The notes under the pieces are model-generated. The model was not told the origin of the DNA and made no database searches. It saw nothing but the letters and a program-made list of their open reading frames with translations. Positions 11,076-23,701 of a stretch of DNA of 60,500 bases are shown here, piece after piece. Position numbers and translations under genes: made by a program. The stretch spans positions 25,004,940 through 25,065,439 of the forward strand of contig NC_068988.1 in assembly GCF_001194135.2 (NCBI RefSeq). The letters run 5' to 3'. The number at the start of each line of letters is the position of its first letter. Position 1 is the stretch's first letter. The stretch is from Octopus bimaculoides. Its lineage: Eukaryota.

Positions 11076-13311
11076 GAACTAATGTAACACCTCATATTTT
11101 TCAGACGAGTTAAGCAGATAAAAGAAACTGATCTCAGTACAAAAAAAAATACGGGTATAAAGTAAGAATCCCAAATAATCAACTGGTATTTGATTGAACT
11201 GAACAACTTTGATTTGAAAAAATAGAAACATTGATAGCATTCTGAAACGACCATCCTAAAGGCGATATAGTTAGACTAAACTCACTCTACACACGGGGAT
11301 AAAAGAAACTAACGTAATTAGATAAACACGAAAAAGCAACTGCAGGGGTACAAGAGTTTTAAAACATTAGAAAGGGAAATTTGTAGAATAAGAAAATATG
11401 ATGAAAGCAGAAAAGTTTACTTTTTATATTATGAAAGGTAAAAAAAAGAATAAAGATGTTAACTAAACTCAGAGGACATATTTAGAAAAGGACAAAATCA
11501 TAGAAAAAATAGGAATGAAATGAAAAGACAAGATCAAATCAAAAGAAAAGATCAAATCAAAGTTCCAAAATATACTTAAGATTTAAAATGAACAGGAAAA
11601 GCTCTCTCAGGCCAAAGTCACGCAATATTCGACCGAGATTAAGTATGCCAGATTGAGGGCTAACAATGGTTCAAAATCTTCGTGTTAAAAACAAAATCGA
11701 ATGTCTGAATTTAGCTAAACAGGAACAATGTCTAGCGGAAATAACTAGAATAGTAAGAAAATAGAGAAAAAAAAATGACGGAAGCATGAGATGCAAATAA
11801 TGTAATCAGATCAGTTAACCGCAATATTCGATGGAAAATACTTTCATTATCTGAGTACATTAATATATACTATATAGTGTATATCTTTGACAATTGAGCA
11901 ATAAACTGAGCATGTATCAGGCATTAGAGTGTAGTGTTAATAATTTAGAGTATGAGTTTTTAGCTGAATAAAGACGTAAGAGAAAACCACTCAAATATAA
12001 TAAAGTACTATAATAGAAATGACTGTATTTTGACCGTCAGACATTCAGATCGTGTAAACATCGAAGAGCGAGTGTTTTAATTTTAATATGCGTGTGGTTT
12101 GGTGTATAGAAGTGATTGTAATGTACAACGAATACTTAATCAAAACGTTAAAAATCATACCAGGGTACGCGATTTTACACACTTTCCGAAATGAAGTCCT
12201 CTTATAAGCCAAATCAAACATCACAACTCTGTTCCCCTACACCAATAGAATCACAATGCAATAAACTTGTACAACACATACTTTACGAAACGATATTAAA
12301 AGAGTCTACCAGCATTACTGTTAATTTCTTAAATAATGGTCCCGTGGGCATTTTTGAGCTGCAGATTAATATTTTTGCAAATCATTTTATGAATAGCCAG
12401 GAGAAAATATTTAAAACTAATCTTGAACATATATATTTAAACAATCAATAAGTTCCGATTTATTCGAATAGGACAGCTTTAACATTTACATTTTATTTAT
12501 AACAAGTAATTCACAAAAGGTAAAATTAATGAATAAATAGCAATAATGGATATATTTTTTGGCAGAAGTTTGATACTTAAGTGAATTCATTGTTTTACAA
12601 TCAACGATGATATAACAGAGACGTTGAAATAAATCGAAGCATTTTAGAAAGTGTTTTTAAATAATATCAATGGTTTTAGAAAGACAATGTTAAAAATTAA
12701 TTGCAATTATGAAAGGGAATAGACAACAATATTGTATTATTTTTAAGCAAAATATAATAAGAAAATAGATGTAAATGATATAATACCTAATAATATTATT
12801 CAATACATGTTAACGTTTATAAAACAAAATAAATAAAAATCTAAGGATTATTTATTCGAGACCATTGAAATATTTTCGATGATACTTATTTCATAGATAG
12901 GTTGTGTTTGTTTTGTAAAATTTCTCCTACAATTAAAACTTGACATATTGCGAAATAGAAGAAGATATTCTCTAACGTTAGTGTTTTGATGAATATACTG
13001 TTAATGTTACCACTGCAAAACTTTTCATAAGGGGTAAATTTTCAAGAAAGCATTTCTAAAATACCAGATACTCAAACCCCGGAATTTTCGGTCCTATTAC
13101 TGTCGTTTCTCAAAAGTTTCAATGCATTTTTTCATTGACTCTAAGTGTTTGCATTAAACTGAACTTTTTTAGAGTAAAGATTGTTTGCCAACATAACATG
13201 ACAGTCCTAGTTTAGGACGAACATTGCTGTAATTTATCCCCAGCTGGTTATACGACACGATCTGTGTCCTTACATTTTCTAACAAGGGAATCTAGCACTC
13301 CCACTCAAAAC

Positions 13312-13365
13312 ACTATATGTGTATCGCGGTTTTCGGGTTATTTCCCTTCATCAGCACAGCATAAT
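13312..13365 (-). ncRNA. Minimal type I hammerhead ribozyme-like motif, near intact
   Basis: Minus: AUUAUGCUGUG CUGAUGA A GGG-AAAUAA-CCC GAAA ACCGCG AUA/CACAUAUAGU. Core and stem II are intact; stem I gives 10 bp with one bulge; stem III is one substitution plus one extra A away from the palindrome ACCGCGGU. Confidence 0.6.
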
Positions 13366-13845
13366 TATTCGGTTAGGGCCAGTATATCCCCGAACAAGTC
13401 CTGGATACAACGATAAAACTCATAGGGCAGACTATCCAGCCCCGGCGACTTTTCCTCTGTGCACTCGGGCAACACCTCTCTTACCTCCGCGTGAGTGATC
13501 GGTCCTTCACAGCACCCCGCCTCACTTGCTGAGAGTCGCGGCCCAACGGCTAGGAAGTCTTTTAAGGCCTCCTCACGCTCAAGCGAACCGTCCTGCAAAA
13601 CAACCGGGCGAAATGATGGTGAAAGACATTCTGCATCTCCCCCTGTCCATAGATCTTGCGCCCTTGATCGTCCGTTAAATACTTTATAGAGGTTCTTTTT
13701 TTACATCTCTGACTTTCCACACGACGTGCACATCCGGCAACGTCAATACCGTCTCGTTTCCCTGCACGTAGCTTAGCTCTAACTCTGCAGCCTTGGAGTT
13801 GAGGTGACGGTACAGGACCGTCCTCACCACTTGAACTCTAGATGC
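13366..13845 (-). mobile_element. Tx1/L1-clade LINE ORF2 fragment (linker to start of RT)
   Basis: GCRVRAKLRA segment, then LSASEAGCCEGPITHAEVREVLPECTEEKSPGLDSLPYEFYRCIQDLFGDIL (KSPG.DG.P.EFY motif); GC-rich relative to flanks. Confidence 0.85.
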
Positions 13846-15440
13846 AGAGCCAGATTATACAAATGCACAGAACATGATATAATTCTACACAAGAACATTT
13901 TTCATTCATGAAAAGTTATTTCAACCTGGCACTCAGAACGTCAACAACGACAACAAACATATATTATATCATATTTTTTNNNNNNNNNNNNNNNNNNNNA
14001 TGTAAGTATACCAGCTCAAAGAAATTATCCATCGTTTTTATTATAACGTAGATCTTTCAGAGTATGGTCCAAAATATTTTGTAAAACAAATTTTACAAAA
14101 GCATTCTCTACCAGTTTTACTTAAGATTCATCAATTACCACTAAGACGCAATTTTTGAGAGGTCCCTCTGTTATGCAATTGCTTTAGTACTGCCTTACAT
14201 ATTTCAGTTCCTGCGATATTCTAAAGTAATGTTCACCAGATTTCTGCATATTTCATAACCCCCAGCAAAATCGAGCAATAACAACTAGCCTTGCAAATAA
14301 TGTAATATCAGAGTTTTCATCTAAACAAATGGAATGGAATTGACATGAACCAATAAATTTTGGTAGCTCTTCTGATTTGTTTATTTTGATTTTAAATATT
14401 CTGTTTGTTTTGTTGTTTTTTTGTCACTGCTTCTATTCACTGCAATATCCTTAATGTGCTGAATAATATTTCCCTCTTATGGAAAACCATCAAAAGAAAA
14501 GGAGCACATTATATCCATGATTCTTTAATATGCGGTTTCCCATGCTGGTTTTCAGCATGGAAGAACAATCAGTTGTTTTCCATGCTGAACCATAATCTGT
14601 GAAATCTACGTTGGAACTGCCCGAAGCAAATTGCATTAAAACATTTGACCATTTGATTGCATTCTTTGTGTTAGTTCCTCGAGAAATATTACCATTTTGT
14701 TTTTGCTCATTTTTATCGGAAAGCGAACTATGAACATTTTCATAATGTTGCTTTACCGAGGAAGACCTGCAGAGAACTCATTCAGTCATAAGCTTTATCA
14801 CCTGTCTTGATACTACATTTTTCCTTTCTCTTCATATTTCTGCAGAGATCACTTCATTTGAATTTGTTCTTTCTTGGTCGAGCTGACTTTTTAAAGGAGC
14901 TGAAAAGGGCAAAGAGAATTCAATAACATCTCACTGAATAAATAAATATATAATATATCATACCACTGCAACGTACATTTGTAAAGCACCGCAGTGAAAA
15001 ATTGTCTAATAATTACATATACGCTTTTACATTAAATTCATAATTTGTTACAGATAATATTAATGAATGACTCGAACAATATCATCATTAATGATAAAGA
15101 TTTCACAATATTAATGGGGGTGGGAAAGCAGAAACTTTGATACACAAAATAGATGTAACAGGCTTAGGTGTTATAATAATGCAGGGGACAATATATTCGT
15201 ATATTTACTGCATTTAGAATATGTGAACACTGACAGATTTCTTAATTTTATAAAGAAAAAAATGCCTATTATTTACCAACTCGTCGATAAACGAAGTTTT
15301 GTTTCAAATGTCTATTCTGCTATCCTAAACCTGTTACTATAAAATGAATGCACAAAAGATTTTATTTTTATGCAGATAATTAGATAATTTATTTTCGTTA
15401 TAGATACATACACACTCAAAAGCGTGCGCGCACACACACT

Positions 15441-15480
<40 letters not shown>

Positions 15481-16269
15481 TATACACATACACACACACA
15501 CACNNNNNNNNNNNATATATATATATATATATATATACATACACACAAAACACGCGTTCTCACGCACGCATATATGTATTTACGTATTTCAAATGCGTCT
15601 ACGAAGGCCCTATATGTGGAAAAAAATCTGAAAGAAGTTATGCGTAAGTTAATATTTTTTTTAATGTATGTGTTTTTTAATGTATGAAAGAGTAAAACTT
15701 CCGTGTCAATAAGGAAAAAAATATGAAACGGGTTATATTTTGAAAGCATGTGATGTAGTCTTTACTGTAGAAAATAGAAGTATAATAATAAGGAAAAGGT
15801 AAAGAAATCCACGAAATAATTTTTGTGTATGAGTAATGAAAACAGATATACTGTTGTGTATTTCAACTTTAATGCTCTATATCATATATAATTAAAATAA
15901 TTTTATTTCTATTTGCTTAAAAAACATATATTTTTCTTCGTTTCTGGTATACAGTAAGTAAATATATATCAGAGATTTTATTTTATTCTATTTTATTTTG
16001 TACACTTAATTTCATGAACATTCTGACACAAATATTACACGGGTTGATGAGGATCAAATAAATTAAGATCAAGTCGAAGTATTCCTGCTATTTACTTTTG
16101 TTTGTCCTATTCTAAGATGGTTTTACATTTGATATTAGATACGTGTACACATAATAACGGTTCATTGAGAAATTTCTGCCAGTTCCAAAAAAGAATGTAT
16201 ATATGTGTGATGCGGTGGTAGAGGGTTTTGTAATTTTTTTTTTATAGAACCTGCAAAAATTATTTATTT

Positions 16270-16460
16270 ATAGTGATCAAATGTTTGAGCTGTATACCCA
16301 CTTCGACCACGAAATTGACGTTGCATGAACAGGCGCACGGTGTATCACACGTTAGGTTTTGAGGTGACAGCAGAGCAACGTGAAATGAAGTCCTTCGCTC
16401 AAGAACACAACGCTCAAGAACACAACAGCGATCTCGCGATCGAGTCTGCAACCGTCAGAT
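16270..16460 (-). mobile_element. Decayed SINE (family 3, CORE-like body)
   Basis: Minus gttgtgttcttgagcgaaggacttcatttcacgttgctc matches the 32885-33130 copy; carries a tandem duplication of cgctcaagaacacaa. Confidence 0.6.
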
Positions 16461-17210
16461 ATACATATATGAATTACAGGACTTATTCCTTAACTTCAGT
16501 ATATTCTTAAATACATAAATGAAAAGCTCATAATGTCAACACTGAGAGTTTCACTATCGAACCGACTATTCGAAAGATGTTTCGTGGAACTCCTGAAATA
16601 TTTAGTATTGAAAGTTACTCTTGCTACAGCAGTGTTTTTTTTCTGGATAATCAGGAACAGTAACAATGAAATGTGAATGTAAGCCATCAAATCATCATAT
16701 CAAGTAATTTGTGATAGATGAAGAATGTAATAAATGTGACGAATTACATATTACAACATAAAATATCTTAGCACAAGACGTTGTCTACTTTGATCTATTT
16801 GTTCTAGAACTGCCAATCTGCCCCCCCCCCCGCCAAACAATAGCGTTAAAAGAAATATCAATTGCACTATGTTTTATTTTTTCAATTGAGCTGACACGAA
16901 AATTTCTGCAACCAAGCAATGCAGTAAATGTATATAAGTTATACGTCGACAAACAATGAACACTCTTCTCTTTGTGATCATGCTATAATTACCACAATCC
17001 AAAACATCGATAAAGACCTAAAGGTTTACACATAGGATATAAGTAGAAACCTACTTCAAAGACTAGATTCAAATACAATACGTGATTGATGACGCTGCTG
17101 AATTTGTTTTTTGGACTTCGTCTTCGTGAACATTACACACATGAATCCGAGTGACAAATTAGATCTAATTATACGTTAAAGAAAAAAATTTACACGGTTG
17201 ATCCTTCTAC

Positions 17211-17236
17211 AATAGTAGTAGTAGTAGTAGTAGTAC

Positions 17237-17297
<61 letters not shown>
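17211..17297 (+). repeat. (TAG)n microsatellite
   Basis: Direct reading. Confidence 0.95.
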
Positions 17298-17298
<1 letters not shown>

Positions 17299-18693
17299 AA
17301 TATCTGAATAAAGAACTAAGGTAATGTACGCATTTTTTTTTATTATCAACGGATGGGTGGATAATGGTTGTTTTTCAGGTTTAAGCGTAACTAAGCGAAA
17401 TTAACAATGCACTGTGCTGTAGGGCAACTACTTAAGTACACCATTTAGGCACGCAGATATGAATTAGAAATAAAAGTTAGAAAATAACAGAAAATAATTG
17501 TAAGCAGATAATTGAAGCTTTAAAAATACAAATATAATCACCACCTTTGGTCGAACAATTATGATCGTATGATGCTTTTACATCTTTCACAACGATATAG
17601 CAACGAACTACAAAACAGCGTGTAACAGGAAAATAAGGCACTGTAACTTCATGGAAATGAGGTATATATATAACTACCCCAAATACTACGCGATTATTGA
17701 TTGATCCCCGTTCAAAGAAATTCATAGCTGATCTATTAACCTTATTTCCAATACTTTTGAGCATACTATACAGATTTGTACTTGTTATTGTGGATCCTAA
17801 TATCTGAATATAATATTTCATTTTGATATTATTGTAATTTTTCGTACAATTTTTGTACAAGTAATATTCTTAATGACTTTCTTCTGTATACTGCTGTCAG
17901 TTTTACAAGAGCAAGGTGAGAAGGAATGGAAAACGCTTTTCAAGAAAATTTTCATCTAAGAATAATATGCAAAAATATTTAGCTTTCAGATTCTGATCTG
18001 CTATGCGTCACCATTGACCCACATATTAATGATAAAGGTAGAAAAGTAACAAATGTGACTGTCCGGTTGTTGAGAGACCACCATGTTGGTCTCCATTGTA
18101 ACAACTCACATGATTGACAGATATACATAAATCAACGTGTCAAATTCTAAACGGTGTATCGACGTTCATGAAGTAGCAGTGGAATATCTTGCGAATCACA
18201 TTCTACATCCTTCAAAAATTGCATTTGTTAATGCAGTACATAATTCTCAATGCACGAAAGAAAAATAAGATAGTCTTGGTTTCAATACTTAAATGTTTCG
18301 AAATAACATGGACAAAATAACGAGTTAGGCGATAAGAGAGAAAGCAATCAGTAAAACTGTAAGACAAGAGACCAGCCGTAAGTTTTATCCATTATCTTCG
18401 ACTTTGGAATGGTTTTCTTAGTTAAGAGGATGCGGAATATACTCAGAACAATGAAGCTGTTTTGCAATAAGCAGCATTAATACTTCAAGCTGTCGATATT
18501 ATTATAATTCAACTACTAGGAGTTTATCAAAACTATATAAATAAAAGTACATATGTATCGCTATACATTCACTGATATAGTCATGAACTACACAACGCGA
18601 AGGGTTTCTGAAGAAAAAAAAAACACTAAAAGAAAAAAGCAAAACATAAAACATTCATGTGGGATTCAGTCTCAAATACAGTTAGAATATATT

Positions 18694-19124
18694 CTTTTCT
18701 ACTCTAGGAACAAGGCCCGAAATTTTTTGGGAGAGGGCAAGCCGATTAGATCGATCCCTAGTATGCAACTGGTACTTAATTTATCGACCCTGCAAGGATG
18801 AAAGACAAAGTCGACCTCGGCGGAATTTGAACTCAGAACGCAACGGCAGACGAAATACCGCTAAGCATTTCGCCCGGCATGCTACCGTTTCTTATTTTTT
18901 TATTGCCCACAAGGGGCTAAATATACAGGGGACAAACAAGGCCAGACAAAGGGATTCAGTCGATTACATCGAACCCAGTGCGTAACTGGTACTTAATTTA
19001 TCGACCCCGAAAGGATAAAAGGCAAAGTCGACCTCGGCGGAATTTGAACTCAGAACGTAAAGACAGACGAAATACTGCTAAGCATTTCACCCAGCGTGCT
19101 AACGTTTCTGCGAGCTCGCCGCCT
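18694..19124 (-). mobile_element. Dimeric family-2 SINE flanked by a 17-bp TSD
   Basis: Two SINE bodies (18694-18892 and 18893-19124) with different 3' tails; tacagttagaatatatt at 18677-18693 and 19125-19141. Confidence 0.9.
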
Positions 19125-19150
19125 TACAGTTAGAATATATTAAAACAATC

Positions 19151-19400
19151 TATAATAACCCCTCGCCATATCACGGTTCAACTATCGCGGTTCACCTATC
19201 CCGGTTCACCTATTGCGGTTTATTATTCAAGCTTACGTCGACTCCTCTGTGATGTTGTTTTGCATTTATAATAAAATGAATATATAGAAATTATAAAAAA
19301 AGATACACTGTACAGTACTGCTTCTATCTTGTAGATTTTCACCTATCGCGTGGGGTTGGGCTTGCAACGTAACACCTGTCATAATCGAGGAATTACTGTA
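19151..19400. mobile_element. Tigger/pogo-like MITE
   Basis: Imperfect TIRs tataataacccctcgccata / tacagtaattcctcgattatg (reverse complement of the right end), TA at both ends, and three subterminal ~14-bp repeats (gcggttcacctatc). Confidence 0.6.
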
Positions 19401-19870
19401 TATATTTATGAAATGTTTAAAAGGTATGGATGCTGCAAGTTCAGTTTCTGTCGTCATATTCGAAATAACACAGCAGAAAAAGCAGCTGTGAATAAATCGG
19501 AACATAAACCATTAACAAAATTGCTTCACACATTATAATCCCGTTGCATTGGGAATAGACCTTTGAAATTCACGAGCCCAAACTAATCAATACGTACATA
19601 AATACATACATACATACATACAAGCATATGTATGTGCATACATACATACACACATACATACATGCATATGTGTGTATGTGTAATATGTGTGTATGCATGA
19701 GCAAAGTCATGAGATACAGCAAGGTTTTGGAGACAAGTTTAATTTTAGAGTATATTTATGATATCTGGTATAGCAGGCAGATTCTAAAACATCACTCGTA
19801 TATCTTCATTGGATATTTTCTGTACTTGACACATCTTCGATAGTATTATATCATCTCCACGTCTCTAAAA

Positions 19871-19942
<72 letters not shown>

Positions 19943-19966
19943 TGTGTGTGTGTGTGTATGTATATA

Positions 19967-20005
<39 letters not shown>

Positions 20006-20624
20006 TTGTCTATATATATATATATATAATTTTATGTATGTATGTGTATATATGTATGCATGCATGTATGTATATAATGTGTACCTGTGCGTGAGATTCT
20101 ATTTGCTTATGTATGATACTTTGTGTATGTGTGTCTAAATATTTTATGTGTATGTTTAATTTTCAATTCTATGCTTCTTTCGAAGATGGAAATTCTGCCC
20201 TTAGGTTAATAATGTGATGCATCTTTGACACAAGGTCCAATGGGATAATGAGTTTTTCAGATTTGCCACTCGAATGCTTCTTTCTTCGGTTTAGATGAAG
20301 GACCTAAAAGACATAGCTTGCTCTAAAGTTGCATTAATATCTCTGTTTTCATTATAAGGAAAAGTGAGAAACTATTGCGAATGCTCTTTGTGTAGATATT
20401 ACTCACTGGCATATGTTAAAGAATAAATTGCTTTCCATCTTTTCATTTGTTTCTACTAGGTATAGCATTGTTTGGTTGACAATAGAGTCGTAAAGGAAGG
20501 AAGAAAGAGAATGAAGAAAAAGACTCGTGAAGTAGCAGAAATATAGAGAGAAAAGACTTATGCTATAATTACTAAACTTCAACCAGAATGAAGTTGGTTT
20601 AAAATGTTGAGTTTTCATTCTTAC

Positions 20625-20703
20625 CAGATTCTCACAAAAGTATGTCCATATTCATATAAATTGAAACGAAGTGTCTGGAGCTTTTGTATATTGGTAGACG
20701 CTA
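20625..20703 (-). CDS. Candidate internal exon (79 nt), product unknown
   Basis: Pyrimidine tract tctcttttaattctttggcgacaatgttcag|, donor CTG|gtaaga, open frame ASTNIQKLQTLRFNLYEYGHTFVRI. An alternative plus-strand exon 20628-20750 (ttaccag|..ACA|gtaagt) is also open. Confidence 0.25.
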
Positions 20704-20787
20704 CTGAACATTGTCGCCAAAGAATTAAAAGAGATTCAGAATGTAGTACAGTAAGTAAATAATAATAACAACAGCAACAACAACAAC

Positions 20788-20838
<51 letters not shown>

Positions 20839-20885
20839 CATAATAATAATAATAATGATGATGATAATAATAATGATAATAATAA

Positions 20886-20975
20886 TGGTTTCAAATTTGC
20901 CACAGGGGCAGCCGTTTTGGCGTGGGGATGTGCCGACTACGTCGACCCCCAGTCTTCAACTTGTACTTAATTCAT
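20886..20975 (-). mobile_element. Family-2 SINE 3' fragment
   Basis: ggtttcaaattt...gtcgacccccagtcttcaacttgtacttaattcatc matches other copies; lies between (TAA)n tracts. Confidence 0.65.
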
Positions 20976-21178
20976 CAACAATAATAACAATAATAATAAT
21001 ATTATTATTAATAATAATAATAATAATAATGATAATAATAATAACAATGATAATGATAATAATAATAGTGATGATGATTTCATCTATTTCCCACAAGAGC
21101 AAAGGATGAGTGTGGGTGTTTACATATAATAAAATGATGTAAAAAATAATTAAAAAGTATACACGGTACACACAGGAA

Positions 21179-21216
<38 letters not shown>

Positions 21217-21217
<1 letters not shown>

Positions 21218-21431
21218 TCTTTCTAGTGGAAGGACAAGGCCTCAAATTTGGGGGAAGGGACTAAATCGATCACATCAACCGCAGTATTTGACTGGTACTT
21301 AATTCATCGATCGCGAAAGGATGAAAGGCAAAGTTGACGTCGGTGGAATTTGAATTCAGAACGTAGTGACAGACGAAATGCCACTAAGCATTTCGCCTAG
21401 TGTGCTAACGATTCTACCAGCTCACTCCCTT
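21217..21431 (-). mobile_element. Family-2 SINE, full length
   Basis: Continuous similarity to the 18893-19124 head and core; lies within (TAA)n. Confidence 0.85.
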
Positions 21432-21865
21432 AATAGTAATAATAATGGTAATACTACTACTACTACTACTACTAATAATAATAATAATAATGTTCGTATA
21501 TAATTAGCTTTAATAAAAGAAGGATTTGGAAGCAACGCATGTGTGTGTGGCGGGTTGCGCATATCTGTATACCTGTGTGTGTATAATAGGAAGAACTCTT
21601 CTTTCAAGTAGTTTACTCTGAATATAAAACTATCTGCTCGAATTTAATTTATTTTATGAAGGAATTGTGTAATATTTCTTCATTAGTCTATCATGTTTAG
21701 TTTGATACAATAACGTTAATAAGCATAGAATCATTAATGAATTTAAGAGACTCATTGTTCGAAGCTAAAGATAAAATACCAATAACGAAAATTGAAAAAT
21801 GTAATAAAAGAGTTTCATCTTAACCGCCGCCATGATGATACACACACACACACAAACACACACAA

Positions 21866-21939
<74 letters not shown>

Positions 21940-22841
21940 TGTGCGCATGTGTGTGTATATGTATGGGTATTCGTGTATTTATCAACATATGTACTTATAT
22001 AATAAATGTCTGTCTGCGCACATTCACCCACCCACACGGATATATAAAAGCGTGTATGTCTATATATATGTGTATATATATATATAAATATATATGTTTG
22101 TATATATACATAGACACGCACACATACACACACACACACATATAAAGTGATATTATATTAATCGTACTCCAGACGCAGCTTATGCTTTCTGAAAGATGAA
22201 GAATCGTAGTCAGTTGATAAATGCAATTAATTTCTTTAATGTACAATGTATCTTAAATTACAATATTTCAATTTCGCATCTTTTACTTTTCTTCAAGATT
22301 ACTTAGTCTTCTTTTGATATACAATCCTATCCGTTTGGTTCACTGAAACAGTTTTCTGTTGTACTATGAATGTTGTTTTTTTAAACTAATGAACTGGAGT
22401 TTAATGACGCCCAGATCCACATCCAATTCTTTCTCAGATTTATAACCTCGTCCTCGGTTCTGATCTAATATCAGTTTCTTTTATATTCTATTTTATTGCA
22501 TCATTAGTTTGTTGCGGACTTGCTTGGTCATCGGTTTGAAAATGTTTGGTCGAATTACTCGACTCTAATACTTCTTTTCCTTTCTTTTTCAAATTCTGGT
22601 ATAAAAATCTATCAATTTATTCTGCCGAAACATTAAGTAACGTTAAACATAGAAAAAAACCCCAACAAACAAACTAACAGCGAACAAACTAACACACACA
22701 CACACACACACACAAATACACACACAGCACACATATTCGCGCACACACACAGACACCCGCGAATAAAAACACATACATACAGACACACAGGCACACACAC
22801 TCTCACACAAGTGTGTGCATGTCTAGCATATGTATTGACAC

Positions 22842-22969
22842 ATACACATGCGTATGTATACACAAGCTTATTTATACACATGCGTATGTATGCACAAGCT
22901 TATGTATACACATGCGTATGTATACACAAGCTTACGTATACACATGCGTATGTATACACAAGCTTATGC
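22842..22969 (+). repeat. 32-bp minisatellite, 4 copies
   Basis: Unit atacacatgcgtatgtatacacaagcttatgt, made of two related 16-mers. Confidence 0.9.
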
Positions 22970-23656
22970 ATACACAAACACACATACACGCACACGCATA
23001 TACACGCACACATAGGTGTATATTTAGGTATATGCATGTACACGTGCCGATTTCCTCCGATGATGAAGTAATAGTCGCCATAATTATAATTTAAATTTGT
23101 GTTATTTTATATACATTTGCTAACATTACTATCTTCCATTACAATATATGCAAAATACACACTAGTGCTCCTACTAATCGGCGAATCTAAGAAGAAAAAA
23201 AAAGCTTTAAAGTGTTGCTCGAATTCTTCCCTTTCTTATCTTCAATTTAAGAGCATAAACTCTCGGGACGTCTACTTATCTGTGAAGACTAACTGTAGCG
23301 TCTCTTCTTCCGGTGTTTCTACTTAATTATATTTATACTTTCATCTGTACAACTTATTTATAAATGCTTTGATGTCATTAACATTCAACTGTCCTTCTTT
23401 TATTTTCTTTTACTTTCATTAACTCTCCAATACATTTCCTGGAGCCAAGTCTTGTTTTCCTGTATCAGATCTCCATTTCTTTGATTTTAGTTTTTACATA
23501 GTTCATCTGATCTACGTACTAACCTTTCTACATTTATGGCTTTCCGACGTAGATCTCCTCACAATCACACACAAACACACACACCCATGCACATGCACAC
23601 GCACACACACGAACACACAAGCGCACGTATACACAGAAGCACAAGCACATATATTC

Positions 23657-23701
<45 letters not shown>

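Larger units (their letters stand above)
12900..14790 (-). mobile_element. Decayed hAT transposase (Buster/Charlie, GTF2IRD2/EPM2AIP1-like), interrupted at ~13200-13850
   Basis: Collinear minus-strand remnants: SSVKQHYENVH (BED-finger tail), QHGKPHIKESWI*CAPFL/FDGFP*EGNIIQHIKDIAVNR, CQFHSICLDENSDITLFARLVVIARF (first catalytic D region, 14230-14345), GTEICKAVLKQL..DLSKIAS, and C-terminal ENLPLMKSFAVVTLTVYSSKH*R*RISS (12950-13050). Many stops and frameshifts. Confidence 0.8.

Noticed and set aside
17477-17860. 127-aa minus-strand ORF
   Set aside because: No recognisable motif and only a weak donor; not supported beyond being open.
18066-18106. Hairpin gttgtt..gagacca/tggtctc..aacaac as a pre-miRNA or SECIS
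   Set aside because: Only a 7-bp continuous stem with large asymmetric bulges; lacks SECIS core motifs.
22842-22969. Possible CRISPR-like array (also 4783-4871)
   Set aside because: Repeats are head-to-tail with no unique spacers, there are no cas genes, and the context is eukaryotic.
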